Of a stretch of DNA of 64,000 nucleotides, positions 62,867-64,000 are shown in pieces. Source of the stretch: Bugula neritina (Eukaryota > Animalia > Bryozoa); contig OZ037766.1 of assembly GCA_964035545.1 (NCBI GenBank), positions 22,122,767 through 22,186,766 of the forward strand, in the 5' to 3' direction. How positions within the stretch are numbered: the stretch's first letter is position 1; the number at the start of each line of letters is the position of its first letter. Below the pieces are notes generated by a model. It was not told the origin of the DNA. It did no database searches and saw nothing but the letters and a program-made list of their open reading frames with translations. The position numbers were made by a program, and so were the translations under genes.

Positions 62867-64000
62867 GTAAGTAATTTTCTTTTTAAAAGTGATAGTTGAT
62901 TATAATAAGCTTACATTTTTAAAATGTAATTTAAAGTATATACTTATAGTAATGATATATTTTGTTGTAATTAATTTAAATAGTAATTAAGTTCAACTAG
63001 TCTAATTTCTATATTTATATTATAATCTAAATTATTCTTTTTTATTAAATTTAATAAAAATGAATATTGTAATTTAAATTTCAATGTTAATTTATTTATT
63101 ATAAATTATAATAATAGCAATTTTGTTAGTGAGTTTATACTCATATTCAATTTCATAATGATAACCATAATCATAATCACTATCAGATAATGGTGATAAT
63201 CATAATGATAATGATTAAATTTAATTACTAAGGTTAAAATTTAAAGTTTAATAAATTAATGTGACAGTGAAAGTGAAGCATCATCAATATCATAAAGATT
63301 AAAGTGACAATCATGATGATAATTTTTAGTGTTACTATTAGTATTAGTATTACTATTACTGTATTAGGTATTAGTATTAGTATTACTGTTACATTGCTGG
63401 GTATATAATATTGCGAAGTAGTTTCAATGATAGAATAAATGTGTTATTTATAAAATATGATAATAATGTCAAAATGCAAACAAGTAAATGCAGTGCATTT
63501 TACATTCAAACAACAACTGATGAGCTTGTGATGGTGATGCACACATATTGGTTAGTCATGGTGCCATTCTGAATGACACCACATAACATTGTAGTAATAC
63601 CACACACATATTGGCTAGTTATGGGGCCATACTAAATGACACATATGACAATTACTAATTAATTTTATGTAATAATAGTAATACTTATGCAATTATACTA
63701 GAACTATAACTAATTAGTTAGTATCAGACTATAAGTACAAGTTAATCTATTAGTATTCGTATTACTATTAGACTTAGTAGTTATATTTTATTGGTATTAC
63801 TATTACTATTACTGTAAGTGTATTAGTATTACTATTACTGGTAGTGATACTCTATTAGTATTAATATTATATTATTAATATTACTATTAGTGATACTAAA
63901 AGCAAGATAGTATTATTATTAGTATTACTAATAACCGTAACTTAATGTTTGTCTTATGTGTTTATGCTATAATTATAAACTTATAGTTTTACTTATAGTT

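Overview
AT-rich, intron-rich animal (invertebrate-looking) genomic DNA, not prokaryotic. Gene models below were built by hand from GT/AG sites and reading-frame phase. In order: (1) a minus-strand 4-exon ankyrin-repeat plus TPR-like gene (~1027 aa); (2) a 5.3-kb Ty3/Gypsy-type LTR retroelement (6335-11658) with 347-bp LTRs differing at one base, a GTAT target-site duplication and a tRNA-Leu primer-binding site; it has an inactivated protease, no RT/RNase H, no integrase core, and an extra 3' ORF encoding a zinc finger plus coiled coil; (3) a divergently transcribed 7-exon uncharacterised gene with a GC-AG intron and an intronic solo-LTR-like element; (4) a small RING-finger gene and an orphan gene; (5) a ~43-exon DOCK1/DOCK180 (mbc/ced-5)-type Rac GEF gene (25721-54373) containing a U12 intron, an intact tRNA-Lys(CTT), SINE insertions and minisatellites that duplicate splice acceptors; (6) a hAT/Charlie transposon fossil; (7) CHMP3/VPS24; (8) the first exon of a further gene. 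The two strongest leads are the enzyme-less but recently inserted LTR element with its zinc-finger ORF3, and degenerate 6-bp-periodic 'TNA' tracts that sit in the inferred first introns of six genes.
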